Below, one piece after another: positions 25,249 to 38,800 of a DNA stretch of 64,000 bases (position 1 is the stretch's first letter; every line of letters starts with the position of its first letter). The notes beneath the pieces were generated by a model. That model worked only from the letters and a program-made list of their open reading frames with translations. It was not told the DNA's origin and searched no databases. The stretch comes from Octopus sinensis (lineage: Eukaryota). The stretch lies in contig NC_043002.1 in assembly GCF_006345805.1 (NCBI RefSeq), positions 41,850,001-41,914,000 on the forward strand, in the 5' to 3' direction. The position numbers and the translations under genes were made by a program.

Positions 25249-28200
25249 TGTAAAAACCCATGTAATTTGCACACTTGTGTAATTTTACGCAGGTGATTTT
25301 CAAGATAAAATTTGTTATAAAAAGTTTCTACTCATATGAAATTCACACCCAAAAGTTTTCAGAATTGCCAATATAGCCAGGGGAAAACGTTTTCAATTTA
25401 GTTGTATTTAGCATAATTTCACTTACTTATGATTAGATTTTATTAAATTTTTCATTAAATAAAAATAATTTCTGTTTAACAGGTATCACATTGAAAGCTA
25501 TTAAATTACAAAGTGTTTTGTGTTGTTTATAATAAGCTTTATCTTACACTTCTTGCCCACAAGAGATTATGTCTGATCTTTAGGATACTGCTGTGTCTTC
25601 TCAAATCACAATCACAGGAAAAGTTGTTGATATGAATTACCAACAAAAACAAAGCTGATGAATATACACAGGTGTTGCAAATTAAGTATAATTACCAATA
25701 AGCATCAGCTTGGATGATACTTTGCTCAACCAACAGAAGGTGACTGATCAAACTGACTGTGTAAACTGAGAGTTCTTTACAGCCTATTCTTGTCAGAACT
25801 TTTGATATGGAGTATTGAAATTTGAATCCCTTTCACACTTATAAAATGTCAAGCAAACCTAAAAATTTGTCATTACCGTTATTGTCAGTATGGGCAGAAC
25901 TGATGAATCATTTACTGCGAAGAAGAAATTGAATATGTTGAATATGCATTTGAACGTGGCAATAAAGCTGCTGAAAGGCATCTCGATGTTAATGAAGCTA
26001 ATGTTTGAAATTGGCGTAAACAGTACGACAAACTTAAAACTGTGCCAAGTAATAAACAGACAAAAATAAAAACATGAAATTAAGATTATTCATATCATTA
26101 TATTTTTTCAGTCAGAAATATCCATATCATTATGTATGTCAATGGCACTCCATTGTCATAGGTAGAAACTCCAAAAGGCGGTGAGCTGGCAGAAACGTTA
26201 GCACGCCAGGCAAAATGCTTAGCAGTTACGTTCTGAGTTCAAATTCCACCGAGGTCAACTTTGCCTTTCATCCTTTCAGAGTCGATAAATTAAGTACCAG
26301 TAACACACTGGGGTCGATGTAATCGACTTAATCCCTTTGTCTGTCTTTGTTTGTCCCCTCTATGATTAGCCCTTTGTGGGCAATAAAGAAATAAGAAACT
26401 CCAAGCAATGTAAAATATGGCCCGTACTGTATTTACTAGCATAAATGTCAGACTTCGAAATGTAGTTAACCATTTAATGGTTTTAGTAAATTTATACAGG
26501 TAAAATAAGCATAAAACCATTCAGCATAAATAAAGTCAACTTCGTTATATTTAAGCCATTATTTTTTACTGTAAATTAAGTGAGTCAACTTCCAGTACAA
26601 ATGTTTATGTTTTGGATGTCATTTTTCAACAAAAAAAATTTCAAAAAAATTCTGGAAACAATCTACTCATGTAATTTACACACCCATTAAAGTTTATTTT
26701 TTATTTTTGTGGAAACAAGTGAGTAAATAACATGGGTCTTCATGGTATATACATATATATATATATATGGCATGGCTATATGGTTAGGAAGTTTGCTTCC
26801 CAACCATGTATTTGTAGGTTCAGTCCTGCTGTTTGGCACCTTGAGCAAGTATCTTTTACTATAGTCGCTGGTTAACCAAAAGCTTTGTGGGTGGATTTGC
26901 TAGATGGAAATTAAAAAAGCTCATTGTATATATTTGTGTGTGTATGTATATATACATATATTTATGTACAAACACACACACACATTCACTTAATACTGTC
27001 AGCTTGAGTGCCTTTAGCGAATATTCAAGTCATGTCTCTGATTTGAGGTTAATTCTTCTTTTCCTTTCACTTCTCATTAATTTTTGGATGTTACTTTTCT
27101 TTCCCTGAATAAGCAATTAAAAATAATTCAAATGGTAAAAAACCATTAGAATAAATTAGACTTATAGTATTAAGGGCTTACCTTCTAATGTTGGAAACAG
27201 GTTTCCATGGGTGTGTCCCAGTCAATTTCATTTTATCTTCTTGATCTGGGTTTCAATAGGTTGTTGATTTGCCTGTTCCCACAAGGCTTTCTTAATGAGT
27301 TTATCTTGTCATCTCACCAAAAAGGATGTTCCAGAGACATCTATTCACAAGCATTTGGAGCTTTGTGAATTGCTACATTTCATATGCATACAAAGGAATT
27401 GTTTCCATATTTGTATTAAAGATCATGAATTTTGCATTTGTTGCTGACAAGGTCTATGATTTCCAGATAGGTCTCAGTATTCTGAAAGCAACTATAGCTT
27501 TCCAAATCCTTGTTTTTATGCCCCAATCTATAATACCTTTTTTATTGATGATGCATCCCAGGCTCATCTAAATCAGTTATGTATATTATATATATATATA
27601 TATATGCTTGCTTGCTTGCTTCATACTGTTGCTTGATGGGGCTGGGATCATCCCAGGTTAGTGGTCCCAGAGATGTCATCATGCATAGAGACAACCAGGT
27701 CCACTAGTGCTCTTCATTGCTGGTGGTCCCATGCCAACCCCTCTCCATCCTCCAAAGTGATGTCAAGCCTCTGGAGATTTTCCTTAATCACATCCAGTCA
27801 ATTGGTGTGGGACTTGTCATGAGGCCTCTTCCAGTTCATAGCTGCTGAATTGAGTGAGAATAAAGCCCCCGATAGAATGCTCTAGTGGGAGACAAAGGAC
27901 ATGTCTGTGCTAACACATGTGATGGATAGCTATGAGGTAGGAGGCTGAAAGCTGGTGACACATAAAAGGCACCTATGCTGGTGATATGTAAAAGGCACCT
28001 GTGCTGGTGATATGTAAAAGACACCCAATACACTGTGTAGTGGTTGGTGTTAGGAAGAGCACCCAGTTGTAGAAACCATGCTGGCTCACCAACCCCTGTC
28101 AAACTGTCTCTCCCATGCCATCATGGAAAACTGATGTGAAATGATGATGATAATGATACTGGTGGTGAATTAGTAGAATTGTTTGGGCTTTGTATAGCAT

Positions 28201-29789
28201 GCCTAACTATTGGTTCCAACCCACTGCACTCTGAGTTCAAATCCTGCCAAGATTAACTTCACCTTTCACTGTTTCTACATTGATGAAAAAAAAATGTACC
28301 AATCTAGGTTGGCAGATCAGTAGCTCTGCAGGAATATCTGAGCATTATAATATATTTCAACTCTTTGCATTGAGTTCAAAACCTGCTATACCTCCTTGGG
28401 TGATTGGCTTAATCCATTGCCCAGTTTAATGCTTATGACCTCATACTTTAGATTCCTTTAGTGGGGTCCACTCTATTGCAAGCAGTTGGGCTATGAGTTA
28501 GGTTCAAGAATACTTTCCTCTTTCTTCTTCCTGTAAAGTGTCACAGACGCTATCTTCTTGACTGACTGAAATTAAGTTAAAACAATAATAAATACTGGGT
28601 GCAGGCATAGGGTTTCAGGTTCAATCCTGCTGAATGGCAGGGCCACAGTCCAATGACTGAAACAAATAAGTGATTGAAGATGGACTCAGAATTTGACTAT
28701 TCATACATGCATGCACATGTGTGTGTGTGTGTATGTATGTACCTGCATAATACAAATATATAGATTTTATTATTCTTTTTTCCTTGCAAGTCGAAGTCTC
28801 CTTAGCTTCGTCTTTATCTGAAATTATTTGAAGCTGGCTGCCAACAGCCAGATTTGCTAGAACAGTTGTAAGATAATAGTTATTAACTCTTGACTGAGAG
28901 ATTAGAAACTTATTTAAGATTAGTGAGGTCAATCTCAACCAATTATTGTAAATCTGCCTATGTCTAATGTTATATACCATAAAAGAAAGAAGAAGAAAAA
29001 GCAATAAACGCTCAGCTCCCTCTCAATCTTATTGAAAATCTTAATGGATAAATATTGTTTCACATTTTCACGTGTCTGTTGTGTGTGTGGTGGGGTTTTG
29101 GGGTAAGTGAGAATGAGAAATAATTATCTGAAAATTTTTTTTTTATGTCTCGTGTTTATTTTTTTCTTTCTTCCAATTTTTTTTTCTTTTTTTCTTCTTT
29201 TTATGACTTGCCAAATTTCTTGAAGTATTTTGGCAGCAAAAAAACCCCAGATTTCTGTGATTTAACATTTAGGAAAAAAATAAAATAAAGATAAAATAAA
29301 ATAAAATAAGAAGAATAAGCTCTCATACATAAAATTTCTTTTTGTAATATTGCATGCAATTAAATGTATGAAATCACAAGTTGCTTTCTCTCTTGCATTC
29401 ACTCTCCCTTTCTCCATAATCTTGTATTTTTCTTATATTATAAATCATTAGAAATTTTTTTTTATTATTATTATTGTTGTTGTTGTTGTTCATCATCATC
29501 ATCATCATCATTTACCATCCCTTCTCCATGTTGGCATGGGTTGGATGGTTTGACCATTGTTGTTGTTGGTGTTGTTGTTATGATAATGAGCTGGCAGAAT
29601 CATTAGCATGCTATACAAAATGCTTAATGGTATTTCATCCATCACTACGTTCTGAGTTCAAATTCCACCAAAGTCAACTTTGCCTTTCATCCTTTCTGAG
29701 TTGATAAATTAAGCACCAGTGAAACACTAGGGTCAACGTAATCAACAATACCCCTCCCCAAATTTCAGGCCTTGTGCCTATAGTAGAAA

Positions 29790-29831
<42 letters not shown>

Positions 29832-32800
29832 GTGGTAGGTGTAGGAGCGGTTGTGTGGTAAGTAGTTTGCTTACGAACCACATGGTTCCTGGTTCAGTCT
29901 TCTACTATAGCCTTGGGTCGACCAAAGCCTTGTGAGTGGATTTGGTAGACGGAAACTGAAAGAAGTCCATCATATATATGTATGTATATAAATATATGTG
30001 TGTGTGTGTTTATGTTTGTGTGTCTGTGTTTGTCCCCCCACCATTGCTTGACAACTGATGCTGGTGTGTTTACATCCTCGTAACTTAGCGGTTCAGCAAA
30101 AGACACCGGTAGAATAAGTACTAGGCTTACAAAGAATAAGTCCTGGGGTCGATTTGCTTGACTAAAGGTGGTGCTCCAGCATGGCCACAGTCAAATGACT
30201 GAAACAAGTAAAAGAGTAAAAGAGAGAGTAGTAAGTTAGCAGAACCATCAGAATGTCAGACAAAGTGCCCTGCAGTGTTTATTCTGGCTCTTTACATTCT
30301 AAGTTCAATCCTTGCTGAGGTCAACTTTATTTTTCATCCTTTTGGGTCTGATAAAATGAAGTAACAGTGAAGTACTACAATTGATCTAATCAACTAACCC
30401 CTTCATTCCAAATTTCTGGCTTTGTGTGTAACTAGCAGAATCATTAGCATCTTTGACAAAGTGCTTAGTGGTATTTCTTCCAACTCTTTTACATTTGGAA
30501 TTCAAATACTGCCATGGTCAACGTTGCCCTTTGTCCTTTCGGGGTTGATAACATATGTACCAGTTAAATACTGGGATCGATTATATTGAGCCTCGTGCCA
30601 AAATTTCAAACTATTGTTATTTAGGTGGTGAGCTAGAACAACCGTTACCAGACTGAATGAAACTCTTCCAGCTTTGTGTTCTGAGTTCAAATTTCACTGA
30701 GGTTGACTTTGTCTTTCATGCTTTCGAAGTTGATGAAATAAATACCAATTGAGCACTGGGATCAATGTAATTGACTAATAGAAAGGACTATTAGTATGAC
30801 AGGCAAAATGCTTAGTGGCATTTCGTCCGTGTTTACATTCTGAATTCAAATTCTGCCAAGGTCAACTTTGCCTTTCATCCTTTTGGGGGTCGATAAATTA
30901 AGTACCAGTGAAACACTTGGGTTGATGAAACCAACTAGTCCCCTTCCACCAAATTTCAGGCCTTGTGCCTTTAGTAGTAAGGATTATTATTATTATTATT
31001 ATTATTATTATGAAGGCAGCAAGCTGGCAGAATCATTAGCATGCTGGGCAAAATGCTTAGCAGTATTTCATCCATCTTTATGTTCTGAGTTCAAATTCTG
31101 CCTTCCATCTTTTCAGGGTCAATAAAATAAGTACCAGTTGAGCCCTGGGGTCGATCTAATTGACTCCTCCCCCCAAAATTGCTAGACTTGTGCCAAAATA
31201 TGACATCATTGTCATCATCATCATTATTATTATTACTATTATTGTTGTTGTTGTTATTGTTATTATTATTATTATGCCAGGTAATGCAACCTTGTGCCAT
31301 CCTGGAGAATTCCGTTGTGAGAATGGTGTTTGTATCAATGGAACTTGGAGATGTGATGGAGAATCTGACTGCCATGATGAATCTGATGAATTTGACTGTT
31401 GTAAGTATATTATTTATATATTCTTATAAGTATATTATTTATATATTCTTTATCCTATTAATTGAGATGTATTATATAAATGAATAGCTAATTAATAATA
31501 ATCCTGTTTCTGGGGTTAATGATTTTTCTATATATATTTATCATCATTTATTTTTATTGTAAGGGTGAAGGTTTATAGAGTTGGTAAATAGTGAGCAAAA
31601 TACCTGTGGTATTTAGTCAAGTAATTTTACATTCTGAGTTCAAACCTTGCTAAGGTTGACATTTCCATTTATCCTTTCAGACTTGATGAAATAAATACTA
31701 ATCAAGTTATGAGATCAAGTTAATCTATTCTTAAACATATGACTTTATATCCTAAGTTAGATATTTTTATTTAATATTCATCATGAGATGAGTATATATT
31801 TATCATTATTTATTTATATCATTAGAATATATTATTGTTTTATGTGTGCTTCTCTATACTGGCATGGATGGTTTGTATGTAAGTGGAAATTCAAAGAGCT
31901 CTCTGTGTCCATTTGCAAGATTCTTCTTGTTAAGGGCATAAATATATCTGTTGAATACTCAGCTACTTGATATTCTGTAATTCAATGTGTTTGTAATTTC
32001 ATCCTTTGAACAACTGAATATTCATTGTCAAAACTGACAAAAATGAATCATTTACATATATCTGTATATATATTCTTGTATCTATATGTAAATATAAATT
32101 GAACAGGCATTCATCTGCAACAAAACAGCCTCACATTTGTATATATGGTAAACATATATATATGTCTACACACACACACATACATACACACATACAAACG
32201 TATATAGATTTCTATAGTTATTTGCAAATATAATCAATTTAAGATGTCTCTTAAGTACTGAGTGTTGTTAAAGGCTAGTGATTAGTTCTTATTTTAGTAA
32301 GAGCTTGTGTTTAGTTCCAGCTTTATGATGTTGAGGGCCAGCTTTTAGCTCCATTTCTGTAATACTAAAGGCTAGTATTTTGTATAAAGAGCTTATGTTT
32401 AACTTCAGTTTTATGACGTTAAAGTCTAAACTCTTGGTTTATCGTTTGAGCATATAGAAGGACAAGGTATTAGCTGAACGTAAAGGTTAGAATTGTCTCA
32501 AATTTGACAGCAAGATTAGTATTTAGTTGATTAGTGATTGGTGTCGTGATATTAAACAAATGACTGATAAATCTACTTTTGGAATATATGTTAAGTAACA
32601 TTCCCAGAAGATCAGAATTAAGTGCAAACACCCAAAGATAAAAATAAATGTTACTATGGATTTCAATCCAAGAACTGTATGCTGTTAGTTCAGTACCATA
32701 ATTTTTCAATTATTCTACTTCTGCATACATTTATATGCAGGAGAGGCTGTGTAGTAAGTAGCTTGCTTGCCAATCACATGGTTCCGGGTTCAGTCCCACT

Positions 32801-35800
32801 GCGTGGCACCATGCGCAAGTCTCTTCTACTATAGCCTTGGGCCGACCAAAGCCTTGTGAGTGGATTTGGTAGACGGAAACTGAAAGAAGCCCATCACATA
32901 TGTGTATATATATATATGTGTGTGTCTGTGTTTGTCCCCTCCAACATCGCTTGACAACTGATGTTGGTGTGTTTATGTCCCCATGACTTAGCGGTTCGGC
33001 AAAAGAGACCGATAAAATAAGTCCTGGGATCAATTTGCTCGACTAAAGGCAGTGCTCCAGCATGGCCGCAATCAAATAACTGAAACAAGTAAAAGAGTAT
33101 ATGTCTGTATAAGAATATTAGAAATGTTGTTTAGGAGATACATATTTACATATGTTACAATAACTTTATGTTTATGCAAATTTGTGAGACGATGTGATGC
33201 TGGGAAAGAAAAGAAGGAGCAAAACTGAGTCAAGAGAAAAATTGAGCATGAAATAAATTAGTTGTTATGGCAAAGAGATGCGAATATATTGGTAGTGTAG
33301 ACATGATGCATAAGGAGAAACAAAGTTGGGTAAAGAAGTGCTAAAGGATCTCAGTGGAAGGCATCTGCAAAAGAGGAAGACATTGGAAGATGTGGAAACT
33401 GATCTCTGGAGGTTGAAGTCTTATGAAGGAGGGGATAAAGAACTGAGACAAGGGGTGAAATACGAAAGTAGAGAAGACTTGTCCAACCCATCTGAGGCCT
33501 CCATTGGTCATTAATGACCATAGATAAAGGTCCTAGTTGTCCACCCCTCACTGGAGCAGTCCTGTTCTACCTCTCCTTTCTAGAGTGTTTAATAGGTTCC
33601 AGACTTGAGTGGTATGGTATGGAAGACATGTTGTTGTAGTGTGTTCCCCACTCTCCGTGTCAATGATGGATCCAAAGGAATAGCACGGCCATTACAATTT
33701 GGCACAAGCATCATTGCATTGAGTTGCCAGAATGAGAGATAGACAACATTGAACTGTCTCAGGGGCTCCAATTCCTGATTTTTCTTCAGGTTTTACTCTA
33801 GGTAAGTATGACACCAAACCCCACTCCTTAACCAATGAGCTCCATTTGCCTGATTGACCTACCAGTTAACCTATAGCTGGGGCCCTAACTGGTGCTGCTA
33901 CAATTCTGGGTCATTAGTGGTTGAGTGGTGGTTCCATACTTCTCAAAAACCTTGGAACTCCTGTTAAGCATCACAGGTACCCTTGGTGGTTCATTGCAAT
34001 TTTCACACAACTGCCATATTCATTACCAGTGAGAAAATATTTTATTCTGTATCTTTAGCATGGTTTCAAGGATATTTAACCCTTTAGCATATAAACTGAC
34101 CATATCCAGCCAAAATATTCTACTTGTTTTATGTTCAAACCCGCAAGACTTGGCCTCTTACACTTGCCCTACAATGTCACTCTGAAAATAAACAATCACA
34201 TCACTGAAATCTTGAAGCTATAAGATAAAACAATGTGAATAAATAAGCAATACATTTGACAAAGTAATCTGAATGCTAAAGGGTTTAGAGAAGATGTGTA
34301 TTAAATATTAAAGTTTAATAATGAAATATTGTAAAAATGCAAATAAATGACATTTCCTTGTAATCAAATAGTATGCAGTATGACCACATGAAATACATGG
34401 CACCACTGGTGAGTTGCAGTAACAGGCCATGGCAGTAAACATGTTAAAGACAGTCCCAGGGCACTGTCTAACCCATGGTAGCATGGAAAAACAGATGTTA
34501 AAAACAGTGGTGGTAGTGGTGGTGCTGATAATGGTGATGATGATGACATGATCACTTCATTACCCAATCATGTTTTCATTGGAACACTGCTTTGTACAAT
34601 GACTCATTATGTTTTTGCTGCCATCAAGAATGTTTTCTATTAGTGACTTGTCTGTAATATGAAAAGTTACGGTTCACTATACTGTCCATCACTGCATTCA
34701 GAACCAACAGCAGGCAGGCAGGCAGTGACTGTAAACCTTTACATATCGTTAAAGGAAAGTTATGTTTGCTTATTCTAATTAGTGTTAATTAAATGTAATG
34801 AACCTGAAAGTCTTGTACAATTAAGTTTTGCCAGTGCTATCCGGATGATACAACATTTGATTACTTAGTGTAAAAGTCACAATCAATGCAATACAAAATA
34901 TTGAACTAAGATTCCAATCTCTCTCTCTCTCTCTCTCCCCCTCTCCTCTTCTGTTTTATTGTTTCAAGAAGTTGTTCCTGGAGACTTTGGCACCATTCAC
35001 TTGTAATGTCCTCCTTGTATTATGGCAAGAGATAATTATGTGGGAGGGGGCGACCCTGTTTTTACCTTATGAGGTTTAGTAATTGTTGAAAAAAAAGACT
35101 TGAAGGGAGACAGACAGTATTGTCAGGAATGTTATACAAGCTAAACAAAAGATCTATTCTTCACTGATATGACATTGCTACTATAAATGACATTTTTTAA
35201 GCATGAATATAAATTTGTACAAGCAAAATTGTATATGTATCAATACTGGTATCTATTTTAGAAATTTTAGAGGCAAGGAAAGCAAGTTTGACCCCGCAGC
35301 AATGCAAGTTTTCCATTTGATTACTTGGTGTATTTCTCCTTGCATTCAAGTCAGTTTTAAACAAATTATATATTTCCAGAAGACTCTGAGGAATATTTTA
35401 TTTTGTTTTTGTATTTGGTTTCCAAGATTCTTGATGTGAACTTGTGTCGGAAGGAGATTTTGTTGTATCTTGGGGGTTCATTATGCCAATATTAAACACA
35501 CACACACACACAGACTCATTTTCATTTCATCATCATTAAAGTCACTTTGAGACAAAAGTTATGCAATAGAATCGATTAAGAACCCTTTCTTTAATTATGT
35601 TCCAAATATCACATTAATATGTTGATAAGTAAAAAAGTTACAGTTATTTAATGAAACAAGCCTAGATTCATGATTATTTTAGAATTTAATTGAAACTCAT
35701 GAGGGGTGTATTTTGGTCAGAAATATAGTAATGAAAGGGTTAACATCCGCCTTCAATGCTGTGTATATGTATACATATGTGTGTGTGTATTTATGTATGT

Positions 35801-38800
35801 ATGACTACATGTTTATTGATGTATGTTGGCCACTACTACTGTAAAAAATATAGTAGTACTATGTCTTACTTTGGTTTAACAAAAAAAAAACCATCTGACA
35901 ATATATATACCAACAAATGATATTTTTCAAATACCATAAAAAAAAAGTCTTAGTAAATCTGTTATTTTTTATAGTAAAATATTATGTCTCATGTTAAACT
36001 CTTAATATCTTTTGGGTTTTTTTTTTCTCCCCTTCTTTCTTAACTAGCATCACCCAGCTGTACTGGCAATAAGTTTCAATGCAAGAATGGTCAGTGTATT
36101 GAAATGTCTTGGAAGTGTGATCGTCATCCTGATTGTTCAGATCACTCCGATGAAGAAAACTGCGAAAAAGGTATTAATTTTCATATCTTTCACTTCTCTT
36201 TTTCTCAGCTGTCCACCTGACACAGGTTACGTGTCAGGTGAGAATTAATTTCAGCAATCCAAAGAATATTTTGAAACAACAGTAAATTCTCCAGAAAGAT
36301 TATGAGTTCAAATGCCAAATTCAAGTTAGAAACATTCTTGTCTGTCATATATTTCAATTACCTGTCTCTGTAGTATATTTCTGATGTCTTGCTAGCAGAA
36401 TTGGTCAGTGAAGCTGATAACAAGCATAAGTATCAGCTATATGTAGGTGTGTATTTATCTATATTCTTGTGTGTGTGCATGAGAAAACATGTTAATTGAC
36501 ATATATTGGCCACTGCAGCTGCAAAATATATAATAGTATGGTGTCTTACATTGGTTTAACAAAAAACATCCTACAGTACCAGGATATGATGTTTTTCCAA
36601 CATCACACAAAGAAAACAGTACATGATTCTCAAAACATATTTGGAAGAACAATCAAGGTGGGTTCCTTGATGTTGCATGTTCGATTTTGTATAGAGCCAG
36701 ACAGTAATTGTTCAAAACAGTGCAGTATGTTCTGCTGTGTCTGGGGAGATTCATTTTCTTTTCGTGCTTTATAATGTAACACACTCACCGGTCAAGACTA
36801 TTGAAAAGGTTGCAAGACGCAACGGAAATTTTAGGAAAATAAAAATAAGAAATAAGGGGAAATTTTATGAACTCATATAAAGAATCTTGCAAACCAAATC
36901 CAAAAACGAAATAGTGCAGTATATGTTTGACTGCAAAGAAAAAAAAAAAAAACACATTACAAACTACTCCAAACCAGTAATGAACAAAAAGATAGTGCTA
37001 ATATCAACTAGCAGGTACAACCTGAAATTTTTACTCTCACATTTCAGTATAGCAGACAATAGCACTAGCGATATTCACACATTTTTCAACACACTGCCTT
37101 GGGATCCAATTCCTTTCATGATGTCACCATTGTCAATTTGTCTGTTTGTCTTACTCTTAGTTATTTTTGTTTTAATATGTACATCTTATATTATATATTG
37201 CGTTAAATCGTGCAGGTGTTTGATTATATATTTTTTCCACTTAAGTCCCTATGCAGACTATTTTTATATCATTATATTATATTATATTCCTTACTTCATT
37301 GTATGGTCTCTGAAATATTGTATACTATCTCTAAGTTAGAGTATCTTATAATAATTCTGCTTGTTCCTTCGTTACTTAGCCCTTCCGTAATGCTTTCACA
37401 TAATTAGATAAAGAGGGAGGATGGTGGTGAGTGAAATGTGTAATTTTTTTTTAATTAAGTTTTTTTCCTTTAATGCTTCCATGTCATTAGTTAAAGAAAA
37501 AGACAAAAAGTGAGAGAAAAAGAGGGAGAAAGAAAAAAGAGAGAAAAAGAGGATAAGGCAAAGAATGAAAGAGAAAGAGGAAAGTGCTGTGTATTAAGTC
37601 TATAAAATTGTGCATAAAGTATATATATATATATATGAAGTGCATTAAGTGATCATCATATTCCAATTTCCTTCACTTTTCAATGAGTAGCAGATGAGCA
37701 GCTATTTTTTCATATAGACACAACACAGTCTATGCTTTCAGGATTTTGGGATAAATTTTTCAGAAATAACCCAATAAATTTACCATTAATTCTGTGAAAT
37801 ATTCATGGGTCCTGCTAGTACTTACTATTGCATATTATTGCAGAGATGGAGGTGTATAGGGGAAGTTCTAACTCCACATATCTACATATCTTTCTATTGA
37901 AGTTGTATCTGTCTTTCCACCTACAGATGGATTTGGTAACAAGTCAGAGTGTTAGATTCCGTCACTAGGTAGACAGGATTACTATTCCAATGTTGTTCAC
38001 TGAGCTGTCAATTTTCTCCAAGGTGTGTTGGTAGAGCATGGCACCGGTCTCTTTTCATTGTTCCCACAATAAAAATAGACCCTTCTCTCACCTATACTAC
38101 AGTGTAATAATATAAACCAATGCTTTTAGTGTTTTACTCGTTTCTGGTCAGTAGATTGTGGCTTGAAGGTTTTGTTTTGTTGTGTTTGATAATGAAATCG
38201 ACTGCAGTCATCATTATCATCATTGTTTAATGTCTGTTTTCCATGCTAGCATGGGGTGGACGGTTCGACCAGGGTCTGGGAAGCCAGGAGGCTGCACCAG
38301 GCTCCAGTCTGATTTGGCAGTGTTTCTACAGCTGGATGCCCTTCCTAACGCCAGTGGGTGCTTTTTATGTGCCATCAGCATGGGCCAGAGGAGGCTGGCA
38401 ATGGCCACGATTGGTTGGTGCTTTTTACGTGGCACTGGCATGGATGCCAGTAAAGGTGGCGCTGGCATCAGCCACATTCAGATGGTGCTTTTTACATGCC
38501 ACTGGCATGGGTATCACTACTACAATTTCCATTTGATTTTGATTTTAAATTTGGTACTTACTATATTGATCTTTTCTGTCTAACTGCTAAGTCAGGGGGA
38601 TGTAAACAAGCTTGCACATGTTGAGGAGCAGTGAAACACAAACGTGCACACTTGCAGACTCGCAGACTCACACACACACATACAATGAACTTCCATACCA
38701 TTTCTGTATACCAAATTCACTCAATTCAGACATTTGACCAAAGTGCCATGTAACAGGGCTGAATTCACAACCAGTTAGTTGTGAAGTGAACTTCTTAATC

